The position numbers and the translations under genes are program-made. From the NCBI RefSeq assembly GCF_001194135.2, contig NC_068983.1, positions 30,845,735 to 30,909,734 on the forward strand: a stretch of 64,000 bases of DNA. The letters run 5' to 3'. This document shows, in pieces, positions 27,456 to 41,284 of the stretch; position 1 is the stretch's first letter; every line of letters begins with the position of its first letter. Source of the DNA: Octopus bimaculoides. Its lineage: Eukaryota. The notes beneath the pieces were generated by a model that was not told where the DNA came from, did no database searches, and saw nothing but the letters and a program-made list of their open reading frames with translations.

Positions 27456-27488
<33 letters not shown>

Positions 27489-27559
27489 AGTACCAACCAA
27501 GTAATGGGATCAGCAGTGTTGACAGACCTCCATCCACCTAATTACAGGCCTTGTGCCAA

Positions 27560-28126
27560 TGTTTGAAACAGCAATGAGACTGGTAGAGTGAAAGAACGGT
27601 TAAAGCATCAGACATAATATCTTGTAGTGTTTGTTCTAGCAATTACATTCTCAGTTAAAAAATTCCAAAGTGAAATTTGTCTGTCATCCTTTCAGAATCA
27701 ATAAAATAAAGTACTAGTCATGTATTTGGGTTGATATATATCAATTTAGGCTCCACCCTTCAAAATTTGTGGGCTTTCTGCCTAAATTAGAAAGCATTAT
27801 TGTGTTCAAATCCTGCCCAGGTTAATTTTGCTGCTCATCCTTTTTGGGGTTGATAAAATATAGTACCAGTAAAGTACTGGAATTGATGTACTTGACTAAT
27901 CCCACCCCCAAAACTTCAGGTCATGTGTCTTACATTTGAAACGATTATTATTATTATTATTATTTGGATGATAGATGACAGAATTGTTAGGTCATGTGTC
28001 TTATAATCAAAACAATAATTATTATTATCATTATCCTCTTCTTTCAATTTTGTTTTCATTTCTTGCTGAGTGTCTTCCTGACACCTAGGGCTAAGAAACT
28101 CACTGTACTGTGTACATTGGTAGGCC

Positions 28127-28180
<54 letters not shown>

Positions 28181-28440
28181 ATCATTATTATTATTATTGT
28201 TATTGTTATTATTATTATTTCAATGGTGAATGGCAAAATTATTAAAGCATCAGACAAAATGTGTTACAACATTTTGTTCTGGTTCTTTACATTCTTAGTT
28301 CAAATCCCACCAAGGTTGACATCACTTTCCATCCCTACAGAGTCAATAAAATAAAATACAAGTTGAGTGATGGAGTCGATGCCATAGACTTATTCCCTCC
28401 CTTCAAAATTACCAACCTTGTGCCAAAATTAGAAATTATC
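27560..28440 (+). mobile_element. Cluster of three degenerate family B SINEs with (ATT)n tails
   Basis: Copies at ~27560-27760, 27770-27960 and 28215-28440. Confidence 0.65.
28035..28127 (-). mobile_element. Short R4/Dong-type 3' end inside (TTA)n
   Basis: Nearly the same as 63946-64000 and similar to 63430-63520 and to the 3' UTR at 240-315. Flanked by TTA repeats on both sides. Confidence 0.55.
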
Positions 28441-28603
28441 GTCAATGTAATCGACTTTTCTCTCCTTGCCTCTTGTTTCAGAAGAAGAGTGTATACTCAA
28501 AGCATAAAATACTCTGCCTTCTGTTTTTCCTGTGTGTAAGCCTTAATACACATTGCTTGTTTGATTTTACCTTATCTTCTGTTTTTTTTTCTGTTTCTGT
28601 ACC

Positions 28604-28659
<56 letters not shown>

Positions 28660-29519
28660 ATATGCATACTGGCAGGGAGAGAGAGAGAGAGAGAGACTCT
28701 ATTACCTGTTTACAATTACTTTACTTAAGTTAGCACAGAAGGGATTATTTCTACAAACTTTGGATATTTATATATTGAAATATTCCTGAGAAGTCAACCA
28801 CAGAATAATATGCTTTACATATTATTCTGTTAGCCATGCATAATAATGTACCTTGCACATGAAACCACACAATGGCTATAGTAAGGTTTGAAGTTATAAC
28901 CATGTTATCATAAGATTACATGATCATGAATGAATCTCACAGATTCTATATCTTTTTTTGAACATTGTGAAGAAATATAGATGTCTGGTTATTTTTTCCT
29001 CAAGTGAACTGATTTTAAAGAATGACTAATGAGATTATCATTTTTTTTTCTCCCAATTGTAAGAATTTCAAAAACAGTGTTATGAAGATACAAAAATAAA
29101 AAAACAAAAGCATAGATGAAAATGAATAAAATGTGAAATTATCAGTATACTTTAGAAATGGGAAAAATAAAAGTTAAAATACATATCTACTGTTCAGTCT
29201 TAGTAGTGGTATCCACTGAACACACACACACACAAAATTCAAAAGTTCTAGTTAGATTCATTTTCAATTTTGTTCATATTTAACATTTCAATAGATGTAG
29301 TTATATGTCTAGAAATTTATCTGATCAAATAGATGCTTCAAATTTGATAAGAGTAATAGAGTTTGCTTTGATAAAGCAATAGATCAAATGCATTTCAGTG
29401 AATGGTAGTAACCTGACTGAAATATAATAAACTTATCTCACGACAGAATGATAGCAAATAATGTAATCCACTGTATCACTTGTTTTATTTATTCATTTAT
29501 CTGTTTGTTTATTTATTAT

Positions 29520-29920
29520 GCATGTAGGCATGGCTGTATTGTTAAGACGTTTGCTTTGCAATCATGTAGTCTTGGATTCAATCCTACAGCAGGGCACCTT
29601 GGGCAAGTCTCATTTAATATGACTTCAGGCTTACCAAAGCCTTGTGATTGAATTTGATTGATGGAAACCAGCATTGTGGAAGCACTTTATATATATGTTA
29701 TGTGTGTATATGTCTGTGTTTGTGTTTGTCTCTTCACTACCACCACTAAGGCTGATTTATTTACATTCCCATAACTGGGTGGTTTGGCAAAAGAGACCAA
29801 TAGAATAAGTACCAGACTTTAAAAAATATGTACTGGGGTCAATTTATTTGACTAAACCATTCAAAACAGTGCTCCAGCATGGCCTCAGTTCAATGACTGA
29901 AACAAATAAAAAAATAAAAG
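29520..29920 (+). mobile_element. Degenerate SINE family A
   Basis: Head, centre and tail homology. Confidence 0.75.
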
Positions 29921-30961
29921 ATCCAATAAAAAGTAGATAAAATCTAAGTCAACAACAGCAGGGTTTGAACTCAGAAACCTGAGAACTAAATGCAAAGCAA
30001 CTTATCCTGATATTAACATTTTGCACTAAGCTTACTCCCTTAGCCTGTCCTGTAATAGCAAAAGTCTGAAGATAAATCAAACTTCCGCTTGGTATAGAAA
30101 TCATTTGTAATCCACTCAACAGATTTAGTCTAATTACATATGTAATAAACAAGCTCATAAACAAGGCAGAGAGACAACAGATACATCATGTGAATTCCTT
30201 GGAAGTTACCAAATTACTGTCATGGGAATTTGCCAGAGAACGCACAACAGTTTCAACTAAACACTGAAAAATTAATAGAAACAATATTTCTTACTTATAT
30301 ATCTTTCCTAATTGCCAAAGTATCATAAAATTATGAACAAGGTAGCTGGCAAAAGACAGAGATTACTCTGACCCCCTTCCTCACCCTTCCCAAACTTAAG
30401 AGAAGTTGTACTTTAGAATACATGATTGTAGGAAGCTACAGTAATGCAGTAGTAGGAAGGTATCTTTGAGAATATTATTTTTAAAAGGTAAATTTATTAA
30501 GAAAGTATAAGATTGTGTACAACACTTAAACACTACAAGATATAATTATTGCTAATACGTTTAGGCATTACATAATTCTAATTCATTAATTTCGTCCACT
30601 GAGACATATTGGATTCATAATGATTTTGTTCATTCCATCTAAAGATCTTTGATAGACTCAAATCTGATGCTTCTCGTGTTTTCCCCATCTAAATAATTAC
30701 AAATATTAAGATTTTAATCTGATTCCCTTGTTCAATGGCCTAATGTCATTGCTTGTAGACTATGTTGGCATCACTGTGTCTGTTAATGAGATTAAATTGT
30801 GGACATATAGCACTGCAATTGATCGGAGTGTCTGAAGAGGTTTTCAGAGTTTTCATTAAAATGTCAGTTAAATCTATCGTTAACTTAATTTACAGAGAAA
30901 AGAAACACTAATACACCAATACAGTACTATAGTTAAAAACGACTGTATATTGAGGTGTGTT

Positions 30962-30999
<38 letters not shown>

Positions 31000-32854
31000 T
31001 AAAATGGATTTCTATCAGTTTCAACAGCAAAGGTTGCAGGAATTACCTACTAACTGAATTAGAATCTATGTAGCTGAGTTTTCCACAGTCACGTGTAGCC
31101 TAAATGTAATACTGAGGCATAACCAGCATGACATACACTGTGTGACAAAATTGCCCTTTTGAATTACATCTAAGGTTTGTTCCATGATAGAGTACAGCTT
31201 TTGCTCTCTTTCTAGGGAGACAAGTACAAGAAAAGTTAATGAAGAGCAAGTCTCAATGCAAAGCATTCATTGACCTGGAAAACACACTTGACAGGACACC
31301 ATGCTCTGTAGTTTGGTGATTACTGAAAAAACTAGATGTAAGCAAATGCCATCAGCAAGGTGAGAGTTAGTAATGAACTCTACATAGAATTTACCATGCA
31401 GGTGGGTATCCATCAGGTCTGGATGCTTAACATGATCTAATTTGTTATTGCTCTCCAGGCCATAACAAAGGAGTTTAAAGCTAGTTATCTGTGAGAACTT
31501 TGATATACTAATGACTGAGTTCTCATTATTGAATCTGTCGAAGAATTAGAGAAATATCAAACGTGGAATCAATAGGTCTTAAAAATAAACTTAACAAAGA
31601 CAAAAGTCTTAGTAAGCAAAATAGGTTAAATCCAAGAAAGCCATTGTGGGATTTGAATTTAGAATGTAAAGATTCAGTACAATTTACACAAGATGTGTCT
31701 GGTCTTATCTTACAGTTCCATTAATCCACTTCTCCAAATATACTTTTTCATTAACCGCTCCCCACCACACACACACACACACACACACAAGCCTACCAAA
31801 AGGATGGAAAACAAAGTTGGCCTCAGCAGCAGTTGAACTCTGAGCACATCAAGTCAGAACAAATATTACAAAGCATCCTATCCAATGTCCTAACATCTCT
31901 TTTTGCTGTCCTAAATTAATTTGTATTTTTGATCAGATAAAACAAGAATGACTGAAATTAGTGGACTGATATAAATGTTGTACTGAACACTGGTTGTGTT
32001 TTGAAATATTTTACTTACATAAGTGAGAAAGCTTATATATAGTCAAACAAATAACTATAAAAATAGCAACTAAATAACAGTTTCTCTAAACCAAACCTTA
32101 TCGATCTTAGAAAGAAAGTACATGAAACATTTTGGATAGTGTGATCTAAGATAAACTATCTGAGAAGACAGGATTGTCATGGCAAGAATGACTTTGACCA
32201 CTAATAAGTCTAATTAATCAGGGCTCATGTAGGGTTAAATAAGCTAGATTCTTACATAAAATTATGATGGAAATTTTTAGTATAAATATGATCACTTTAA
32301 AAAGGATAGTCTCGCATCATAGAACAACTAGGAGTAATTATTTCTTGAGAGTTCCATTACAGTATATCCTTTTTTTAAATTTTTACTTGCAGATGATAAT
32401 GCTGTCACCAAAAGACTAACTTTATAATATGCCAAAAAAATTTGAAATTGTTGTTCTAAGCTCAAATTTGATTGAGATCAACTTTTATTATTACAAAAAC
32501 AAAGAAATTTTCCACGACACTTATTAACACCACTTATTATGTTGTTTAGTCTCTGGTCAGTCTCTAACCTGCAGAATTTATGATTGAATGTGTTCTAGTC
32601 ATGTTTATCCAGTTTGTTTTTTTCAGATATAGTTTAAGTTTGGATCTATTTGATATAGGAAATTGATTTTTTTTTTTCTTCCTTTCTTTTCTTTTTTTAT
32701 TGGGGAGGGGGGTGGAGGGGGGGTATGTTTAGATTCATTCAAGTATGAATGTAAACATTGTGGGAGGTTAAATTTGCATAGAAGCACAGATAAAAGCACA
32801 GATCAAGTTTGGTACTTCTATACAAATCTAACTCTTCACATATTTTTTTTTTTT

Positions 32855-33397
32855 TACTTGTTTCAGTCATTTGACTGGCCATGCTGGAGCNNNNNNNNNN
32901 NNNNNNNNNNNNNNNNNNNNNNNNNNNNNNNNNNNNNNNNNNNNNNNNNNNNNNNNNNNNNNNNNNNNNNNNNNNNNNNNNNNNNNNNNNNNNNNNNNNN
33001 NNNNNNNNNNNNNNNNNNNNNNNNNNNNNNNNNNNNNNNNNNNNNNNNNNNNNNNNNNNNNNNNNNNNNNNNNNNNNNNNNNNNNNNNNNNNNNNNNNNN
33101 NNNNNNNNNNNNNNNNNNNNNNNNNNNNNNNNNNNNNNNNNNNNNNNNNNNNNNNNNNNNNNNNNNNNNNNNNNNNNNNNNNNNNNNNNNNNNNNNNNNN
33201 NNNNNNNNNNNNNNNNNATATATATATATATATACGACGGGCTTCTTTCAGTTTCCACCTACCAAATCCAGTCACAAGGCTTTGGTCAGCCCAAGGCTAT
33301 AGTAGAAGATACTTGCCCAAGGTGCCACGCAGTGGGACTGAACCCGGAACAATGTGGTTGGTAAGCAAGCTACTTACCACACAGCCACTCCTGCGCC
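32855..33397 (-). mobile_element. SINE family A spanning an assembly gap
   Basis: Tail before the N run and head (ends CCACACAGCCACTCCTGCGCC) after it. Confidence 0.85.
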
Positions 33398-34007
33398 TGT
33401 TTACATTTATGTAAGATTTGAACTCAGAATTCACAGAACCAAAACAGATACTGCAAGGCATCCTATCTAATGCATTAATAATTCTGCCAATCTACCACAA
33501 TGAACTGGTATTTTTTTTATATTGACCCCTAAGAGGATGAAGAGCAAAGCTGGCTCAAAGCACAGTGAGTCAGAACACATATTATGAGGAATTCTATCCA
33601 ATGCTCCAATGACTACCAATTTGCTGCCCATGAATGATATAATACTCCATAGAAATGTACTGAATGTTCAGAAGACTAAAAGAACTGAAACAGTGTTTCA
33701 TATAAATTTTTATATTCAAGAAAATGTTAATGAATGTAGTGGTTAGTTGTTGTTGATTAGCTTCAGATGAACCATAATTAAATGGATCGATCGTCACTGG
33801 CATTCAAGCCATGACCGTTCTCTCTTTATTTTTCAGATAGTGTATGAGCCAGGGTTGTATTACTCAGTGTAGCCAACCTTCCATTTGTCCTTCCACATTT
33901 GGACAGAGAATGTGATTCGAGAGAGATTTGACTGATATTTCTAACTGTTGAAGAACTCTTGCTGGCTTATAGTTGTATGTGTCTAGAGGGAGTCAAAAGA
34001 AAAATTC

Positions 34008-34061
<54 letters not shown>

Positions 34062-34319
34062 TTCATATGACAACAAGCAAAATCTCAGATAAGCCAATAG
34101 ACCTTGGATAGTTTTCAGATAATCTTCTGTAAGTTAGTTTAGGGTTGGAATTTAATTAATGTCTCAAAGTTATCTTTCAAGAATGTGGCCATCTGTCGAA
34201 TTTTACCAACCAGTGTTAGTTTTCTCTGATCAGAGAAAGTTCATCATCTAGGATCACATAAGTTATTACCAGTATTTGATAAAGCAGATTCATTTCCTTT
34301 TATATTTATATATTAAGTG

Positions 34320-34640
34320 AAGGCATGTGGCTAAGTGGTTAGGGCATTTGGCTTAAGATCATAATGTCATGAGTTCGATTCCGAGCAGTATGCTGTGCCC
34401 TTGAGCATGATACTTTATTTCATGTTTTTCCAGTCCACTCAGCTGGCAAAAATGAATTGTACCAACTATTTCAAAGGGCTAGCCTTGTTGCATTTTGTGT
34501 CACGATAGATCTCCTTGAGAACTACATTAAGGGTATGCATGTTTGTGGGGTGCTCAGCCACTTGAATGTTAATTTCACAAGCAAGTTGTTCCATTGATTG
34601 AATCAATTGGAACACTCGTTGTCATAACCAATGGAGTGCT
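34320..34640 (+). mobile_element. tRNA-headed SINE family E
   Basis: A box TGGCTAAGTGG, B box GAGTTCGATTCC, CTTGAGC core. Homologous to 42052-42354 and 62185-62340. Confidence 0.75.
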
Positions 34641-36654
34641 AATGATATTTATCTCTACCACTGAGGAAGCAAAATCATGTCAAAACACAATGGTAGACTG
34701 CTTAAATCAATTAGAGTCTAGTTCAATGTATTTTTGTACACCAAGTCCATTTGGAGAAATTTTTCTCTGAGACAAAATTGCACAGTCAATGCCTTTTACA
34801 TTCTAGTATATAGAAATGTATTAAAATAAATGTACATATCTTTATTTTGATATCTGCTTCTTTGTGTGCTTACACCAAATTAATTCTACCATGGCAATCC
34901 TCAGCACACACCAGCAAATGTATTGTCTACAGTTTTCTATACAGGAACAAAAGTTCAGGCCTACCTCTGAACAATTAAGATGGTCTACCACTGAGAGGGA
35001 GATTTGCATCAAAGCACCATTTGTAGTGGATTGATGTGTTTTTATACTTAAGGTGTATAGGAAGAAACTTTTCTCTGAGACACAATTCTGCAGTGAATGC
35101 TTTTCTCCTTCCAGTGTGCAAGAATGTGTTAAAAATAACTGTACACATCTATATTTGGATCCTTGTTGCTTCATGCGCTTATACAAAATTTATCTATTTA
35201 TTCAGTCTTGAGGAAGTGGTTGCACCTATGGTTTTTGCTGGCCCTCCAAGACCAATGAGGTCAACACAGTTAATACTCTTCTTGAATAGTTGCAAGTTGA
35301 TGGCTCTAAAAAATGTCCTTGGAAGAAACCAAAGACAACCAATATTCTGAGAAGGACCGGGTACAGTAATTAGTGTGGGGCTTATGAGTGGCAAGTGACA
35401 AGTGAAAGAAAGACAAATGAATTGGGAGTACCTGAGTAGAAGTGGTATGAGACCAGCCAGGTCCAAGAGAAAGAAGCTATTATGGCAGCAGAAGGAAAAG
35501 TAAAGAAAAGATGCAACATGTTATTGTGTCCTAGTTTGAGTGCTATCTACAAAATTCTTTTATAACATTTCATTATATATGCCTATAGTTAATTAATATA
35601 CTGGAAACTGAAACACTGCAAAGTGACTGATATTAATTAAAAAAAAGATTAAGTTCTTAAACAAGTACTTGATATTCTATGAAGAATGAACAAGAAAAAA
35701 TACACAAACAGATTGTTTATGTTGTTGACATTTTGCTATCTGGTGCATGTATTATATTTTATATTTATACAACCAAACATTGATTTCTGTGAGAGATGAA
35801 ATCCAGGGAACAATATGATAATAGATTATAAATATTCAATAAGATTGTAATCTATTATTACTTGCATCAACCAGTGCTGATATAAGTGAATCAAAGAAAA
35901 AATCCAATACAGGAAGTCACATATGATAAATAATAAAGTAGTTTAATCTGATTGGTTCATTAAATAAATATACATATCTAATTTAGAATTACTGCCATTA
36001 ACTAATATCTAACATTTTTTTGCTCTTAAGTCTATCACACAAATGTCCTCTGACCTCGTTGTAAATACCATGTGGAATCTCTTGAGAGAATACAAGCCAT
36101 TAACCTTTCAATTCTGATTTTTCATGTTCTCTATGAATAATGATTTTTGACATATAGGCACAAGGTTGCAAATTTTTAGAATAAGTATTGGCTCAGCACT
36201 TGACTGGCACTTTATTTTATTGATATTAGAGAGATGACAGTAAAGTTGATCTCAGCAGGATTTGAACTCAGGAAATATAAAGACATGTAACCAGAGCTAG
36301 CACTACATACTAAGCAAACTAGACAATCTTACAGAACTCTAAAATTTAGGGACGCCATTCAAATTCTGAATGGCTTAAACAGAAATTTTTAATGCAACTA
36401 AAAACTCAAAAACACTTTAATAATAAAGAGAACTGATGAGATAATTTCTGGAGCAGAAAAGAATGGAAAACAAGAGAAGAGATAGCCATATGGTATTGTA
36501 AAATGTCACATCATTTGATGCAAATATCTCAAATATTGCCAGATAATAGATTTACTCAGTGATTTGCATTATTGTAATTATAATTTCTCAATTGCATTTG
36601 TTAGCTAGAGTAATAAGGGTCATGGTTGGAGAGAGTTTTAGCCAAAAATTGAAG

Positions 36655-36885
36655 AGGAAAGGTCACATTGCAGCATTGGGATAAGTGGGAACACATTGCA
36701 TGGCTGGGACAAGAAGGTTCACATTGAATGAATGGGAAAAGAGCTTGCACAGTGTAGAACTTGTAGAAAAAGGTACACAATGTAGGAATTAGAGAGGTCT
36801 GGGAAAAGAAAGTACACATTGTAGGGTGAAAGAAGTGAGTGCACATTGTTGGTTTAGAGAAGTTGCACACTAGAGGGCCCTGAGA
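36655..36885. repeat. Degenerate ~28-bp minisatellite
   Basis: CACA(T/G/A)T core recurs at about 36664, 36692, 36720, 36749, 36776, 36814, 36841 and 36866. Confidence 0.6.
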
Positions 36886-37524
36886 AGTAAACATGCATTA
36901 TAGAACTCATCTAGGGTTCTGAATACCTGACACAAGCCCTTGACATAACTAAATGCTGCAAAAATTTTGTACAAGACTGTCATTTATGGCAGTTTACCAT
37001 TTTATAAAGATATACAGAATGAGAAGAAAAAAAGGTAAATTTCCATGAATTTCAATCAGAAAATTCTTAGTGAAAAATCCTATCACAATTCCCATAACTT
37101 GAAGGCTGGTGCTTGTTTATGTTTACATTTATTAAGTTAATTAAGCGATTAGCAAACAATAAATAATATTGTTGGTTACAGAGTACCAAATGGACTAATC
37201 ATTGTTTAAGTGCATTTCTGAACATAAAAGTTACAAATGACTGTAGCCTAGCATAGAACCAAACATGGTGAAGTATTTTGCCTGCAAACCACTAGTATTC
37301 TTTGTTTTTTGCAATGCTGGTTGGTTGGTTGGTTTGGGACAAAAAGGAAATGAATGAGGGTGGAGAAAGACTAGCAGAAAGAAAGAAGACCAACTGTATT
37401 ACAATGATATTTGCAACCATTGGTTCATCAGACAAAATCTGTTCAATCAGTTAAGATGTTCTGAAAATCTCTTTAAGAAAGTAATTTATGAAAATGTTAT
37501 CAATTCTTAAAAGTGGTAATTCTC

Positions 37525-37592
<68 letters not shown>

Positions 37593-38606
37593 ACTCTCAC
37601 TCTCTCTCTCTGAATTGTTTTCCATTTCTCTAATGGCTCTTGATTTTTATGTTTTAAACATTTAAACAACTTATTTTCAACCCAATGGCAATTGGAATTC
37701 AATTTAAAAGCTATTTATTAACCAGGACATTATTTAAATAGAACAAAACTAGTTCCATTTACTTTCAACTTCTCTTTCCAAAGATCTTGTTTTTATAATA
37801 CCTAAATATCTAGCTCTGTGTATAGGAAGATTATCTGCTTCTCCAGCAGAATAAATCCTAAAAGAATACATTAATATTTCAGCCAAATTCTCCACACACA
37901 TACACATACTTACACACAAGAAAGACACTAAAATGGGAAACAACACTTCAAATATTTTGCATTAACAGGTCTATAAATAGTCTTAAAACATTAGCTTTAC
38001 TGCAAATAATGAGTGAAAAAACAGTAGCCAAATACCATCAAATTATACCCAATCAACTTTTAAAAAATGGATATATTAGCTTATATAGTCCTAGTCATAG
38101 AAAAAGATGCAATAGTCTTGCCTGGAATATATGCCTCTAGAAATATGTCTGGTCAAACAAGACACACAACATGTGATTAACATTTGTTTTAAGCATTGAG
38201 AAATTAAAAAAATAAACCCAAAATGTACTTACACATTTCCCCACTTGTACAGATAAAGCTTCTAATTTAGATAATTAAAACTCATGAGGCATCTTCATAT
38301 AGTCACCACATAGAATAAGATAGACATATGGTTTGATTCCCAAAGGTGATACTGTCCAAATTTTTCCATCTAATGGGTATTTTTAATCAATATCTTATAA
38401 GCTATCATTTATAGCTTCTTTTGCAGTTCAGCAGTTTCATAAAGAGACATATTTTCAAATACAACAGTGTTTCCAAAAAAGAAAAACAAATTTATGAACA
38501 ATATCTAATCAACAGATACAGCATCAGATTTAAATAGTAGCAAGTAGACAGACTGATGGTGTAGTGTTTTCAATGCTGTCTAGTTAATACAGACATACAT
38601 TTGTAT

Positions 38607-38681
<75 letters not shown>

Positions 38682-39199
38682 TATACCATTATTGATGATC
38701 ATTTTTTCATGCTTGCATGGGTCAGACAGAAATTGCTGAGGCAGATTTTCCTGTTGCCAACACTCATCTGTTTCAAAACAAGGTAATATTTTCCCATAAC
38801 TTGACATGTTTTGTTTTTTTTTCTTCATGGAAGACTGGAAAGAACCAGCCTTGGTCATATGACAATGATGCTCATTTACAACCATCATGTAATGTCTAGG
38901 CAAGGGTAGACACAAATACACACATACATGTACATATATACCACAGGCTTTTTCCAGTTTCTGCCTACCAAAATAACTCACAAGTCTTTTGATCAGACCA
39001 AGGCTATACTAGAAGACACTTGCTAAAGTTGCCATTCAGTGGGACTAAACTCAAGGCCACATGGTTGGGAAACAATCTTCTAAACCAGACAGCCACCCCT
39101 GTGCCTTATATTCTATATATAAAATTCTCAGTAAGATCTTCCCCTCAACTAACTTTGGTCTCTATAGGGGTGATACCTTGACACTATCGAGAGAGGCAA

Positions 39200-40140
39200 A
39201 CAGTCACACACTCAATAGACTCAGGAAGGACCTAACTCATGCTCTTACTATTGGACTCAAAATCACAATATAGGCCAACTTGAAAGTGGATGAGTTCTTG
39301 GATGTAACATTAAACTTAGACACTGATCCCAATAAACCTTCCTAGAAACCAAGTCAGAATCTTAGATTTATTAATACAGCCTTCTGCTATCCAGCCATAG
39401 TTTTCATGAATCTGGCATAGAGGGTTAGCAGAGAATTTGTAACATATCTTTGAATAAGATCTTCAATGCTGCAACCTGCTATTCGAAATAAAGCCCAGGC
39501 CTCCAGTGATTACATGAAGATTTGTTATGTCTGACACTCACCCAACCAAGGGAATTTGCTATTGTAAGGTTGTACGGTATACACCCCCATTTTCCCTTAA
39601 TGTGAAAACCTGTGTAGGTAGGATCTTTCTTAGTTTAGTCAATAAGCATTTCCCCCAAGTACATAGATACAGAAAAATCTTTAATAACCATATCTCTTTT
39701 AGCTGTGTGCCTAACCTAAAAAAAATGTTAGTGAGTAGGCACAAACAGAAGAGAGTTTGGCTGCTCATGCAGTGGTAATGCCATATACCTACTAAAATGC
39801 CAATGGCATACAAAAACATTGTACATAAGTGGGAGGGGGTGTCGAAGGATCTCAGTGGTATGTATGGAAATATGTGGATGCAACAGTGGGTTCTTTCAGA
39901 ACCAGGTTCAGCAATCACAAGCCCTGGTGTAATATCCAATAAAGGTGTTATGTCACAATGCTGGTGAGTCATATCGACGTTGAAGGAAACTACTATGCTT
40001 TATGATAATCAAATTGAGGATACTGGAAAAGTGCAACAGTAGAAGATGTAGAAGATGTAGAACAGTAGAAGATGCAGACTTTACTTCGCTGTTAAAAGAA
40101 ATATAGCGAAGAGTTCCCTTCACTCACACAACAACCCAAA
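39200..40140 (+). mobile_element. Degenerate Penelope-like element (RT C-terminus and linker toward GIY-YIG)
   Basis: GLKITI.ANLKV.EFLDVTLNL and YTPPFSLNVKTCVGRIFLSLVNKHFPQVHRYRKIFN..ISFSCVPNLKK resemble Penelope WFNPPF...KT.IG..FL.L..KHFP....KIFN.....SYSC.PN. Confidence 0.75.
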
Positions 40141-40667
40141 CTTTAAAAATGAGATATTTTGCTTTTGTCCACATTCACAAAAGTAGGTATACCTTAGCAA
40201 ACTGGTTGGCTACACCATACCAGGTGCATGCAAAAAAGTTTGAAAGACAGTTATAACTGTCCTAAATTGTTGTAATTTTAGTATACGATTACTATACATC
40301 TAATAAGCTTACCTACCAACTTTTTATTCTAGATTGAAGGAGACGGCTGTAACAACACTTTGAACACACCTATTAAGCACAGTGTGTCACAACTGACTAG
40401 TTTTACAGAATGCAGGTAGAACATGAAGACAATTTGGAAGCTCCTTATGCAATAAATCTTCGTGTTAAACTGAGCAAAAGCGCTACAGAAACTTTATAAA
40501 ATGCTCCAGACTCCATTTTTCATAAGCGATGTAGTGGTGTTATAAGACTTGACCTATGAATACTAATTTCCATTATGTCCTCTACATTGTATCAAAATTT
40601 CATGCATTTATTTGTAACGTTAAGGAAGTTATTAAAAATTGAAACCCATCAGTGACTTTTGGGACTA

Positions 40668-40878
40668 TTCTTTTACTTGTTTCAGTCATTTGACTGCGGC
40701 CATGCTGGAGCACCGCTTTTAGTCGAGAAAATCGATCCCAGGACTTATTGTTTGTAAGCCTAGTACTTATTCTATCGGTCTCTCTTGCCGAACCGCTAAG
40801 TTACGGGAACGTAAACAACCCAGCATCGGTTGTCAAGCGATGTTGGGAGAACGAACACAGACACACAAACATATACAT

Positions 40879-40913
<35 letters not shown>

Positions 40914-41071
40914 ACACGACGGGCTTCTTTCAGTTTCCATCAACCAAATACACTCACAAGGCTTTGGTCGGCCTGAGGCTATAGTAGAAGACACTAGCCC
41001 AAGGTGCCACGCAGTGGAACTGAACCCAGAACCATGTGGCTGGTAAGCAAGCTACTTACCTCACAGCCACA
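40668..41071 (-). mobile_element. SINE family A, near intact
   Basis: Full reverse-complement match to the 25356 copy. Confidence 0.9.
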
Positions 41072-41284
41072 CCAGATAAAAACACACACGTAAATTTATA
41101 CATATATATCTATGTGCGTATACACATGCACACACGTGTGTGTGTATGCGTGTGTGTATATATATATCACCCAATGAGGATAAGTCAAACACCGAATGAA
41201 CAATTCAAAAGTGCTTTAACCCATCCTTACGGCACATGCAAGTCAGCAAACCTGTAGTTTTTTTTTTTTTACCACTAAAGATAT

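Noticed and set aside
36655-36885. CRISPR-like array
   Set aside because: Eukaryotic context, no identical repeats with unique spacers, no cas genes.
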